Shown: positions 15,266 to 30,124, numbered from the stretch's first letter. The stretch: 64,000 nucleotides of DNA from the human T2T-CHM13v2.0 reference genome, Homo sapiens (GCF_009914755.1 NC_060944.1), one strand, 5' to 3'. The notes: a model not told the origin generated them from the letters alone. Numbers and translations: made by a program.

Positions 15266-15433
15266 ACTTAATGGGGTTTTTCTTGATAATGAGAAAGAAT
15301 TTACAAGTGGGTGCTAAGTAGGAGAATCCTAGATGTTTTGTTATAATTATTAATAGCACCCCTTTTTAGTTTCAAAAATGTCTTGGTCAATAAATTAACG
15401 TATTGTCATCCTGGTATTATGTCACTTTAAGTA

Positions 15434-15791
15434 TTTTTTTTTAAAGAGATGGGTTTTGCTCTGTCAACCAGGCTGGAGTTCAGTGGTACAATCATACCTC
15501 TTCTGGGCTCAAATGATCTCCTGCCTCAGCCTTCCAAGTAGCTAGGACTACAGCTGTGCCCCACCATCCCTGTCTAATTTTATATATATATAGGTGTGTG
15601 TATATATACATTATATATATATAAAATATATATAGTATTATATATTATATATAGTATATATAGTATTTTTTATATATAGTATATATATTGTGTATATATA
15701 TTTTATATATAGTATATATAGTGTATATATATTTTATATATAGTATATGTATTGTGTATATATATTTTATGTATATATATACACACACACA

Positions 15792-15851
<60 letters not shown>

Positions 15852-15955
15852 GTTATTGCCTAGGCTGGTCTTGAACTCCTGGCTTCAAGCACTTCTCCCT
15901 CCTGCCTTAGCTTCCCAAAGTGGTAGAATTTCAGGTGTGAGTCACCACACCCAGC
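15434..15955 (-). mobile_element. AluJ with its central linker replaced by a TA-rich array
   Basis: Right arm 15434-15580, left arm ~15856-15955; short TSD cactttaa on both sides. Confidence 0.9.
15581..15842. repeat. TA-rich minisatellite ending in (CA)6 and pure (TA)24
   Basis: Uninterrupted TA at 15795-15842; a ~30-33-bp unit repeated about 3 times upstream. Confidence 0.97.
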
Positions 15956-16179
15956 CACTTTAAATTTCTTAATGAGACTAAGGTGAAATAGAAACTTTGG
16001 TTTATGTCCTTACCATGGTCAGTCATTTTTTGTTACAACAGAACTTTTCTGCATCAGGTGACTTTTCCATAGATTTCTATCCTGTCCTAGTCCAGGAAGA
16101 GGTCCTGGCAGTGAAGGAAAACTCAAGGAGGGAAAACGAAGACCTCCTAGAGGAGCATCCCTAGCTTACTTTTTGGGAG

Positions 16180-16390
16180 TAGTGCCTGTGTGCTGGACAC
16201 TGTACCAAAGGCTTTATATATGGCCTATCTTAGGAAACAGCTGCTAACCCCAGGAGTTAAGTATGATTATTATTTCAGTTTTACTGACGAGGAAACTGAA
16301 GCACAGAAGCTTAGGAAATTTGCCTAGGGTCACAGAGCTGGAAATTTGGTTTGGATTCAGGCCTACACTGTCTGGCTCCAGAACCCAAGC
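16180..16390 (-). mobile_element. MIR
   Basis: ttttactgacgaggaaactgaagcacaga...ttgcctagggtcacagagct...gtctggctccaga. Confidence 0.85.
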
Positions 16391-18099
16391 TGGGAGATTG
16401 AACAGGTGTGAAATAATTAAATCTAATAAATCAGTCAAATCAAAGCAGGAGAAGATTGGGATGAGGTTAAGAGGTGGAAGACATACCTCTCATCCTATCC
16501 ATCTTAGGTACAAACATCATGGAAGTCGGGGGTATTAGCTGCACCTTTTCATTACAAAATCCTTAGGCCTGCTGGTTAAGAGAAATCTCAGGGCACTGGA
16601 GAGACTTGAGGGCAGAAGATGCCAGGTGGGCAAGGGCATCCTTGGATTTAGGAAGAGTAGGAGGCTGCCTTTTGCATTAGAGCTGCCTCTGGCATTCCCA
16701 GGGTTTTGTCTGGCTGGGCCCAAGGGCTAGAAGGACTGGAGGAGTCCTAGCTGTGCCTATCACTGGCCATTGCCCCTCTGCAGCAGAGTAGTCAGTATGC
16801 AGCACAGCATCTGCCTGGCACTTAAGATGTGCATCTCTGTGGGACACCTGTGGCTTCTAGCGAGGACAGTGGAGGGAGAGTGGCCCACACTAGTCTCTGG
16901 ACTCTTATACTTTAGGCCCCCTACTTCTAGCTCAGTGATTTAAGGAGAACACCAAGTTGTACATAATTTTCAAAGGGAGGGGAGTTGCCTTCTTTAGATA
17001 AACCTATGCCAAAAGGAAATCTTTAAAAATAATTCCCATCAGCTCTTATTATTTCTGGGTGGTATTTTTTTGTACATTTTCCAAAGCAGTGACCCTAACC
17101 ACAATGAGGACAGTCATTTGGAGCTTTTGCAAGCTACTCATTCAAAGAAAAGTGCAAAGAAGGGTGCCTCTAGGTTTGGTTACAAAACTCTACCGGGGAG
17201 TGGGAGGTGAGAGTGGGAAACCGGTGAATATGCCTCCTGGCCCCAACTTTTTAAAATGTATCCTTTGAGGTGTATTCTATTTGGTGCATTTTCCCAGATT
17301 TTGAATGTTGCCCCAGGACAACTGTCTTAAGTTCGTTTTGGCATCAGGACAAATGAGAGGATGTTTCCTGTTTGCCTGACTCTTGCCCCAACTTCTTTCT
17401 CTGTTCTGTTAAGCTCTTGGCTAAATTCTTTCCTCTTGTATTCCACATTTTAACTGACATTAGGGCACCAAGTGCAAAAATCTGCAAACAGTTAGCTTTC
17501 CTGTTTGAGCATTCTGGTCAGATTATGCTGAAGTTAAAGTTCTTGTAGCACGGAAGGATCACCCTCTGTACAATGCATTAAGTATTTAATAACTGTACTA
17601 ATAATTACAAACACTTTTAATGGGCCACTTGGGAGCCTTAATGTGGTTAAAAAATGTATTTCTTCTCTGTCAAGTTAACTTGTGTCAAATTGAGAGAAAT
17701 TCTTCTAAGCAGCTTTGAAAGGTTTGAGCTTCATAAGCCTAGGAGCAAGTAGCATATTGTGAAAGTAGTTTTTATGTAAGAAGAGACAACAGAAATAGGG
17801 TGAGTATTAATGTAGTGCTTTGTACATTTCCTTTATAGTTTTGTATTTTTTAGGTGGAGAAGTGTCCCACCACCCTGTTGCATCCGCTGTATGTCAGGTT
17901 AAGCAATTTTTAGTAGGATTGGCAGCAAAACCAACTTTGGAACACAGGACTCTCTGGCTTCAAGATCTCTTCTTTGGGAATGTGGACAATTTGGATTTGG
18001 CCATTTTTGAAGTATTTTAGAAAATAGGACACTCTTGAGGGGCAGAATTGAAGGTCGATGCGTCTTTTGTTAAATTCACATTTATTTGTAAGTTGAAGC

Positions 18100-18408
<309 letters not shown>

Positions 18409-18899
18409 TGAAGCATGTTTTTGAGAAATTATTTTCTGGTGAAACAGGTGTGCCTTTGAAGTGATATAGTTGCTTTCCAAAGCTCAGAAAGAAAGTATTA
18501 AAACAAGGATAAAGTCCTATAATGTAATTACCAGTTTTACTTTGTTTTGGCTTATTTAAAAGTGTTGGCTCCTTACTCCAAATGAGATCCAGTCAAAACA
18601 CTTACAATTATAGTGTGCATACATTAAGGACTTAAGAAACTGTTATTTCTCAGGTATTTGGAAGGAAATGATGTCTTCTGGATGAAATTCATGGCATAAG
18701 CATAGCTCATTTAGTTCACTAGCCTGAATATTCTATCTGAATGGTAACTTTTTTAAATTTAAAAACTTTGCTTTTAGGTGTATTTGTATGGTTGGTATCA
18801 GATGATTATTTCTTTCTGAAAGCTGATATTTTAAGAGAGATAAAGTCTTTACACCTGATTTTGCTGTGTGAGAACAGCTCTCTCACATGTTACTTGAGG

Positions 18900-19207
18900 T
18901 TTTTTTGTTGTTGTGGTTGTTGTTTTGAGACTTGGTCTTGCTCTGTTACCTGGGTTGGAGTACACTGGCGTGATCATAGCTCACTGTAGCCTCTGCCTCC
19001 AGGGCTCAAGTGATCCTCCCACCTCAGCCTCTCGAGAAGCTGAGAATACAGGCATGTGCTACCACACCTGGCTAATTTTTGTGTTTTTGTAGAGACGGGG
19101 TTTCACCATGCTGTCTGGACTGGTTTCTAATTTCTGAGCTCAAGGGAGCTGCCTACCTCGGCCTCCCAAAATGCTGGGACTACAGGTGTGAGCCTCCATG
19201 CCTGGCC
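18900..19207 (-). mobile_element. AluJb-like, with (TTG)n tail
   Basis: gggctcaagtgatcctcccacctcagcc J diagnostic. Confidence 0.93.
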
Positions 19208-20529
19208 TCGTGAGGCTATTTTTATCTGCACCTTAGTATCTGGGATAGTGGTGCCTTCCTAGGCATGGGTAGGTACACACATACACAAAATGTCAATGCT
19301 AGCAAGTTTTTATTCTTTGAGGAAAGGTTTAGTTTTTTTAGCTCAGAGAAAGTAAGTTTAGTTTTTCAACTCAGAGAAAATCACCTTATTAATCTTCAAC
19401 AGATTAATGTTGATTAATGTTATTGAGCAAAGCTGAGGTATGATTCTAAGGTAATGAGGTTTGTCTTCTACTGAGGCTTATAAACTGAATCTTAGGCTGT
19501 TACAGAAAAGAAATTGCTGTGGGTTGGCAGCACTGAGGAATGAGCATTCTGCCTTCTAAGACGTATGCTTGTTTTTAAGTGTCTGTTCTGAGATGTTTTG
19601 TAACAAATCAGATTCATTGCTTTATAGCCCTTCTTCATTAAGATGGGTCTAACACGGAAAACCTCAGAAGCTCACCCCATCAAAGACAGCTGTGATAGAA
19701 ATATCAAGTAATAATAAGTTTGCTGCTGTGATTTTTTTCAGAAGGAATTTGCTGGCATCAGCAAAGAAAATTTCAAAGTGGGTTAGGTTGTCTCCATTGG
19801 CTTTTATTCATCTTTCCCTTTCACAGAATGAAAAAATGTCTGGGCTGTTATAGCTTTGTTCTAAAGTGGCCCATAATTTTGTCTATGTTTTACATCCCAG
19901 TGGATTCCTAAGTCCAAATATGGTATTGCTTCTCAGAGAGGTCTCCTTTTCTTTCCCTTCAATCTATACAATATTTAGTAGATTTATTTTGAGATCAAGA
20001 TTATCTTTTAGGTCAACCTGCAACTTAAAACCTGCTGGACTAATGTATTTGAATGAGCATGGGAGGAACTATGTATGAACATTCTGATCATTTTACATTG
20101 TCAAGCCCTTGCATATAAGAAAGCATTCCTAAGAATTTAAGAAATTGTTCTAAACTGATCATTTCTCTGAACCCCATCTCTTACTGGTTCTTTGTTTCCA
20201 TAGGTACCATACCAGAAAGACTGTCATCAAACCCTCACAGGGTCAATGTCAATATCACACTTGTTTTATAACACTGTCAGAAACCAGGGGTACTGCTCTG
20301 CCCCTCAGTCTGGCTTGACAAGGTGAAAATTCAGGGACAGATGAGAGGAGGGACCAGATTGAAGACAAAGAATGGACATAGGCCAGAACGTGATGTAGGG
20401 TGGGGATAAACAGAGTGTTCTAACAGAAGTGATGTGTCAGAATCTTCCCACTTATTAGAAACGAAAAATGTCAACATTTATTAAAAGAAATGAAAATCTG
20501 AAGCATTGGTTTTAGGGAGACGGACATAT

Positions 20530-20745
20530 GTTATGAGTTAGAAGGTCAGGCTCTGGAGACAAATGAGCAGCCCAAGTTGCACTCCTAGCTCCTTGTCCGT
20601 AGGCCGCTTGCTAACATCTCAGTAGCTACATTTCTCATCAGTAAATTGGAACAGGGGCTAATTGTCCTGCTGCATAGGGTTGATGTGAGGAATAAGTGAG
20701 GAGAGCATCTTGGGTATTTAGGAAGCCCTCCATCTGTGCTGATGA
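20530..20745 (+). mobile_element. MIR
   Basis: ggctctggagac...tttctcatcagtaaattgg...catagggttgatgtgaggaataagtgag. Confidence 0.75.
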
Positions 20746-21005
20746 TGGGGCCACCCTCCCTGGAGGTGTGGAGAAGCGACCTGGGCTGGTGCTCAGCAGC
20801 TTTGTCAGCTTATCATCCCTGCATTCCCCAGCAAGTCTTCTAACTTCTCTAGGCCTTCATTAGTTTCAGCCTTTGTCAAATAAGGGATTTGCTATATACA
20901 AGTTCCTTCCAGAAGGAAAATTTTATGTTTTTAAGGTGAAATTTTATTTCTCCCAAAAAGCAAACCGAGAATAAATAGTAGTTTACAAATTAAGAGTTCT
21001 GTTTA

Positions 21006-21204
21006 TAATACACACTGGGGCCTACTGGGAGTGGGGAGGGGCAGGGGGAGGGAGAGCCTCAGGTAGAATAGCTAATGGAGGCTGGGCCTAACACCTAGGT
21101 GTTGGGTTGATCTATGCAGCAAACCACCGTGGCACACGCTTACCTACGTAACAAACCTGCACATCCTGCACATGTACCCCAGAACTTAAAAGTTGAAGGA
21201 AAAA
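21006..21204 (+). mobile_element. Primate L1 (older L1PA/L1PB) 3' end, ~200 bp, 5'-truncated
   Basis: gcagcaaaccaccgtggcacacg...aacaaacctgcacatcctgcacatgtaccccagaacttaaa; perfect 14-bp TSD aagagttctgttta (20992-21005, 21205-21218). Confidence 0.93.
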
Positions 21205-21357
21205 AAGAGTTCTGTTTAGAAAAGTTAATGTTCTGTTAGGAAGATATACTTGCTAACTTTAAGAACACATTGATTAAACGGACATTGTTGCTTTCCTGCT
21301 GGAAACTGAGTCTTGACGCTCTGGATGACCATTCTCCACCCAGCACTAGAGACCAGT

Positions 21358-21606
21358 CTTTTCTTTCTTTCTCTCTTTCTTTCTTTCTCTCTCTCTTTCT
21401 TTCCTTCTTCCTTTCTTTCTTTCTTTCCTTCCTTCCTTCCTTCCCTCCCTCCCTCCTTCTTCCTTCCTTCCTTCCTTCCTTCCTTTCCTTTCTTTTCCTT
21501 TCCTTTCCTTTTCCTTCCTTCCTTCCTTCCTTCCTTCCTTCCTTCCTTCCTTCCTTCCTTCCTTTCCTTCTTTCTTTCTTTTCTTTCTTTCTTTTTTTCT
21601 TTTTTT
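21358..21606. repeat. ~250-bp (CTTT/CCTT)n polypyrimidine tract (expanded Alu tail)
   Basis: Pure C/T run directly abutting an antisense Alu. Confidence 0.97.
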
Positions 21607-21881
21607 AGACAGGGTCTCACTCTATCACCCAGGCTGCTGCAGCGCTGCGATCTCAGCTCACTGCGACCTCCAGGGCTCAAGTGATCCTGCCACCTCAGCC
21701 TCCTGTGTAGCTGGGACCATGGGTGGGAGTCACCACATCTGGCTAATATTTTTGTATTTTTTGTAGAGACGGGGTTTGGCTATGTAACTCAGGCTAGTCT
21801 CGAACTCCTGAGTTCAAGTGATACACCCACTTTGGCCTCCCAAAGTGCTGGGATTACAGGTGTGAGCTACCATTCCTGACC
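21607..21881 (-). mobile_element. AluJ
   Basis: agacagggtctcac...gggctcaagtgatcc...gaactcctgagttcaagtga...gattacaggtgtgagc. Confidence 0.93.
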
Positions 21882-22039
21882 TAGGGGCTTTTCTAAGGAA
21901 GGCAGAAAATGTTTGCCTAACACAGGTGAGTAATGCTGGCCACAGAAAGGTAGTCATGAGTTTGATATTCTTTCCTGCCTGGTGTTCTGAAAGTAACATT
22001 GTTATAAATTAATTGTAAAATTATTGCATTGGAGATGCT

Positions 22040-23780
<1,741 letters not shown>

Positions 23781-26584
23781 TGTTTTCTTTTCTTTCCCCT
23801 TAAAATTCTTTCTCCCTTTAATTGTTGGAATCACATTATAGACTTTGAAACAAAAATAATAGTTCCCTCTTCCACTCCTCTCTATCCTCTGTTCCCACTC
23901 CCCAGAAGTGAGCACTCTATAGACTCTTTTGGCTGTTTCTTCTGGTTTTCACCTTCATACTTATAAATAGCATCCTTATATGGCAGTTCTGGAGGATTAT
24001 TTAAAACAGTATATTTAATTTTGACACATTTTTATAGAAATTCCTATTGTGTTTTCATTATTATGATGATATATTATTATGACAGTATTTACTGCAGAGC
24101 CAGGCAGTGTACTCTGATTACCTTTCGTTTCTCTTTAATTCCCACACCTCTTTTGTTTTCATTTGCTTGCTCTCTTCAGCAGCCTTGCTGATCTGTCTTA
24201 CTCTCCCGCAGCTCTTAAAAGTGCCTGCCAGTCCACTTCTCTCCATGGCAGATCATCTTTCTCTTCTGTCTTTTCTCATTGTGTGTCTGTGTTTTTGTTC
24301 TGTGAGTCATCCTTCCTGGACTCCTCTCTCTTGTTCCATTCATTCTAGGCTGGTCGCTCTCCATGACTGCTGTCTTCCTGAGGCTTCATATTGCTCTTCT
24401 TTTAGGAGCTCCCATCACCTCTCTTCTCTCTACGTGGGTTCCTGTGCCTCCTAGCTTAGTGTGGATTTTTCTGTAGGAGATCCTTTACATACAGTCAAGG
24501 AACCTGATGCCCAGGCTAGTGAGGTCCCTTAGCTAATATCCTTGAGCTAATTAGTATTTTCTTTTCCTGCTCAAGGCTACTGAAAATGAATTAAATTCAA
24601 TTAAAATGCTGAGTCAAAAGCAGCTGTCTTACTCTGAGTGGCAATATTATTCATGAGGACTAAAATGCTAGGAACCAAGTCACCAGGAAACCAAGAAGGC
24701 CAGAAGTGGTGCTACATCCCCAAATATGCCCATGGAGGCCCCAGCTCCTTCCTCACCACATCTCTCTTCCTTCAGAGGCTGCTTCTCTTTTACATACAAT
24801 TCTAAAGTGCTTGGCTTTTTGGCTTTCTAAGGCACAACGGATAATCTGAAAGTGTTTAAATTTAGGAGCAGAGGGAGTGCAGAGATGGGCACACTGTGAG
24901 CCATAAGAAGTGCCAGTTAGCTAAGGGGACAGGTGGGGAAATGACTTTTAAAAAATCAATCCATAATTAGTAGAGATCTGAAGTATGTGTCATTTAATTT
25001 GATTACAGAAGGCCCTACATTAGTCAGCATCACATAGAGACATCACTTTATTATGGCACTCTAAAGTGACTGGCCTCTCTTCCTCACTCCCTTTCACCCC
25101 CCTTCAAGAGATTTGAAGAGATTTGCATGTGTTGTGACATGCAAGCATTAGAGATAATTATTAGTAAGATATAACTGGAAAATGTCTGTTTTGATCTTCT
25201 GCTCTCAATAGAAAATGCACGTTGTGTTGCAGTTAATGCAATGACATTATTAGTTTTCTCTTAATGTTGCCTTTTTTGGGGGGATCTTAGCTCTTTTTGT
25301 AAAGACTTATTAAAGCCCTCCTAACACTCTCAGTGACAGAAATCAGTGTTTTCAATCCTCTTCCCCTCTGCCTTTTTAAAGCTATGCAACGTTTTCTTAA
25401 AGTACAATGATACGCGGAAAAAGTATACAAACCCGTAGGGTGGAGGTGCTCTGTTGGTGAGAGCTGGCTGACCCTTTTTCCTTCCTGCCAAGCAGCCCAG
25501 CAGGGAGCAAAGAGAAGCATTTAGGAGGGAAGGAGACACATGGCTCCCGGTCTCCTGGGCCTGCGGGTACCAGTGACAGTGCATGCAACTAAAACCTGGA
25601 TTTTGTTGACCTGTTGCATTCTTAGCCAAGTGCCTTACCCTCATTAAAATGCCCTTCCGTCACTCAGTCCTGGGGAGGGAGGTCATCTCATGCGCTTACA
25701 TATCAGCCCAGCTGGCTGCTACTGGTCCTGTTTCTCACAGAGAACCCTCCTTGTTCTTCCCCGCCATTGAATCTGTTCATCCATCGATGCCACAAGAGCC
25801 CAGCTGCAGAAACCATAGAGACCATCTCTCCTACCCCATGGCACAGCCTGTTGCTGAGGAAGGGGGTCCCACCACAGGGTTGCTTGGGCCTTCTGTGAAT
25901 AAGAATTTGGTAGGACAGAAAGCATATCACATCCACCTCACTGGGTGCACAACCCTCTTCCCTACTGTGTTAAGTTCTCTCTAAGCCCTGATCATCCTGC
26001 AGTTTCTCCTTGCCATTTAGCCTCTAAGTCTCCCGGCCCACTATTCTTCCCTGCCTTTGCTTGACCTGCCTGCATGCATATGTGAATCCTAAGTGCAAAC
26101 AGAGATCAAATTGTTCCTCTGTAGCAGACCTCTTGGCATGGGATGGGCCAGTGGGTAAGTTTATAGAGCAGGTGGGGACTATCTCTCTGGCCAGAAGGAT
26201 CTCAAGCTGGTTTCCACCTGAAAGGGATGCTATACCACGAGATACTGTGACAGTCAGAGAGACAGGCTTATAGCTTTCTCCTCCTGGTGGAAGTTTATAT
26301 GAAATTTGTTTCTAATGATAAAAGGACACATAAGCCAGTTTGCAGGGGGGAGGAGGAGTTGAATTCATCCAAATCACACTTAACTGGTTTTCATGATAAT
26401 TATTAAATTGCCTAAATTGTCTTCCTTCTTTCAATTGACCTCTGTATATAGACATAGTCAAACGCCTTTGTGTTTATTTCTTCATATCTACAGACATATG
26501 ATTATATGGAAGAAGATTAATTATAAGATAAAGTAACAGATCCTTCACCTTTGTAAATGTTGCATTAAACACTAATGACTTTCT

Positions 26585-26710
26585 AAAATGAGACTGTAAG
26601 CACCATAGAAGACAGGGACCAGGACTGCTTATTCACACCATCCTCCACGGGGCCTGGCACGGTGCCCGGCACCAAACACCCAGTGCTGATTTAATGAATG
26701 AATGAATAAT
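26585..26710 (+). mobile_element. L2 3' end
   Basis: agactgtaagc...gggcctggcacggtgcccggcac...aatgaatgaatgaat. Confidence 0.75.
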
Positions 26711-27699
26711 TTATTGCAGGAGATGATACGTCAGAACTGTCTGCTGGAGGAGGTATTAGGTGAGAAGCTCATATTAAGCTTTAAAATTATGAGCAGACTA
26801 AAAAATCTTTTTTTAAGAGTTGTCTCACTATATAAACAAAAAGTCACATTATCACTTAGCTGCAACCAAATTCTTATTTGAGTCTATTAAATTCATTTTT
26901 TTAAGGATGTGAGACAGTAGGTGAAGTATCATTTTTAAAAAATGAATTGGTAGGAGGAGGCAGTGATGTTTGGCCATTTTGTTGTTGTTCCTGTCTGACA
27001 GGGACCTGCAAGGGCAGGGCTGGCTGGTCGAACGTAAGAGCCTTCCTGGCTGGCTGGGGGACCAGCGGGCTCATGACCCTAAGACTCTGCACTGGGAGGC
27101 GTAGAGAATGTGGAAAGGCCTGGTGACGGCAGCAGGCCTGGGCCAGCCCCAGTGCTTTGTGATGGAAGAGAGCTGCAGGCCTCATGGGGTTTGTAAAGTG
27201 GACTGGCTGTGTCCGTTTGGGATTGATTACACAGTTACAGGGATGGCTCGCAAAACTCCAGGAAAGGAGGACCCTTGGCAGCGTTCCTCTCAGCTGCTGC
27301 TCTTTGGGAATCAGCTGGACTCTTCTCAGGCTCTGTTTTTGTTCCACAGTGCCCAGGTTTACACATAACAGGCATAGCCATGCAGGGAGACACTCTTGAC
27401 CACCCGCCCTGCCTTAGTTCCACGTTGCCGAGAAACATGAAATGATTGTTCCGTCAGCTATGGCCAGGCCTGGGATGAAGTCAGAAACACACAGGGCTCC
27501 CAGGAGCCCACTCAGCAGTGATGAGAAAATAGTCATAAAGAAGAGGTTTAATTGGAAATTCAGTTTGCTATATTCGTAAAAATGTCTTTGATGTTTAAAA
27601 TAATTAATATTTTTGTGAGTTGCTTTCAAGTTTTTATTTGACCTGTGGGGATACAGGATGGTAGTGGAGCTACAAAAGTATTAGCTGAGTGTTGTATGT

Positions 27700-29240
27700 A
27701 CAGAAGTCAGCACAGTGTCAAGAAGGAGGACTGGGCTCTGCCAGTTACCTGCCATTTGATCTTATCTTTTCAAAGCCTCAGTTGACAGGTCTCGAAAATG
27801 AGGTAATGATTCATGCTTGCTCACATCTGAAGCTCAGTACATCCAGAATTCTGATCTCCTGCTCAGTCATACTTGCTTGTTCCTCGGACATTTCTCCTCG
27901 TCATTTCTACTGCCATTGTCTTGGTTCAGGTTGTCATCTCCTGTTGCTAAGGTTACGTAACAGCCACTTAACTAGTATCATTGTCTTCAGCTTCTCCCCT
28001 CTGCACCTATCCTCCCCTTTGGAGCCAGTGGTCCTGTATGTGCTTATCCTGTTTGATAGAGAAAAAAGTTCCTAGCACATTATTAAAAATAGAAAGATAG
28101 AAATAAAATAAAATCTTTACAATCTGATCCAGCTTATCTTTTTCTTTTATTTTAAATGTGGTTTCTTTATAATTAGTATTTTCATCATTTTTATGTGTAT
28201 ATCATTTAAAACATGAAATAGCAGTACCACAAGGATTTTAAGAAAAAGTAGCAGACCCCTGCCTTCAGTTCTTCCTATTTCCAAATCCTGTACTCCAGAA
28301 GACACCTCTTTTTACCTGTTTATACAGTAATTTGATTTGCCAATTTTGATGTTATATATTGACCTTTCTCTACACGGAAATTTAGCACTCATACCTCTTG
28401 CTTTCCATCTGCTCACATAGAAGCTTCCCCTCTTTCCCTTCCATAGTTGTATTACAATGTTGAGTTAAATCTGTATTTAATGTTTATATTATTATAATTA
28501 TATAAGTATTTTTACCGCTTAGCCGAACTATATACCATGAATACATTTTCTCATTGTTATAATGGTTTGTTTTTCCTGGAATTTAGAGTTGCCTCTTTTT
28601 TGGCGGATTAGGGGGTGTTAATGGTTTTCTTTGTTTCTATCACTATTTTCCTCCAGAATTATTCAAATGAATTATAAAGTCCTTCCAAGAAATATTTTCC
28701 CACAATCAAACCCATCAGGTAATGGACCAGCACATTTCTTCGTGTCTTCCTGGAGATGTCATTCTGTTGCTTTCTGGACCAACTGCATTCAAGGCTCAGC
28801 GCACAGACGTCATTTTCTGTTTACCTTCACCTCTCTTCTGTGTTAGATTCTCCTTTTCTCACACCTTCCACTGTCTTGACTTATTCCTTTTTCGGTGGAA
28901 CACAATTCTAGTAACTTTCTGAGAAGGAATGTGGATATGGGGTAAGGACTTGGGGGTCTCCTGATAAATGCCTTGCTGCCGGCATTCTTGGAGCTGAGCA
29001 GCAGAAGGGCCCCACTTCTCCATGGAGTCCTCTCCCTGCTCATCACTGGCCTGTCAGCTGATCTCTTTGTTCTAGCCTGCATTTCCGGTCTCACCTTCCC
29101 CCATCATACCCTCCTTCCTTCATGCGCACATCACATTGCACTTTCACGCCTCTGCATTTGTTCACACTCTTCCCATAGACTTCAGGGTTCTTCCCCAATA
29201 TTCTACTTGGTAAAAGCCTAGTCATCAATCTAGATGTCTA
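27700..29240. mobile_element. Mosaic of MIR, L2 and old L1M fragments
   Basis: MIR-like 27700-27815; L2-like 27815-28050 and 29050-29240; L1ME-like between; boundaries rough. Confidence 0.45.
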
Positions 29241-29569
29241 TTGAGGTGATAAAATTATAGTTGAGAAAGAGAATGGTTCCCACTCTGGAAATCATGCTCT
29301 TTCTCAATTATAATTTAGCTCTTGCTCAACTTTGGTTTATCAAAGCATGAAAAGTCAGTTTTTAGGCAGGTGTATGAGAATCATTGGGTTTGGGTTTGTC
29401 AGCTGTCATGATCCTTTTTGGGATGAGCTAGAATATAATTCATTAACAAGTAAAATTTAGTAGTGTTTCTGACACGTGCTGGTATTTGTCTGAAATATGT
29501 CCTCAAGATTGCCACTCAGGTGTTTTCTCCATCAAATTGTTTTTGAACTGCTGTGTTTTTAGTAGGCTT

Positions 29570-29646
29570 CTGTATTTGTTTCCTATGGATGACATAACAA
29601 ATTGCCACAAACCAAGTGGTTTAAAACAACAGAAATCTATTCTCTC
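29570..29646 (-). mobile_element. MLT1 LTR terminal fragment
   Basis: tgtatttgtttcctatgg...aacaaattgccacaaaccaagtggtttaaaacaacagaaatctattctctc. Confidence 0.8.
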
Positions 29647-29680
29647 CCCTCTCTCTCTCTCTTTAAGAGACAGGGTCTCA

Positions 29681-30070
<390 letters not shown>

Positions 30071-30124
30071 TCAAAAGATATATCATCTTCTGGCTGTAAT
30101 GATCACATACCATCAGTATTTTGC

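Noticed and set aside
20180-20210. ccatag|gtacca as a recursive splice site
   Set aside because: Good acceptor, but the reconstituted donor lacks the GTRAG consensus.
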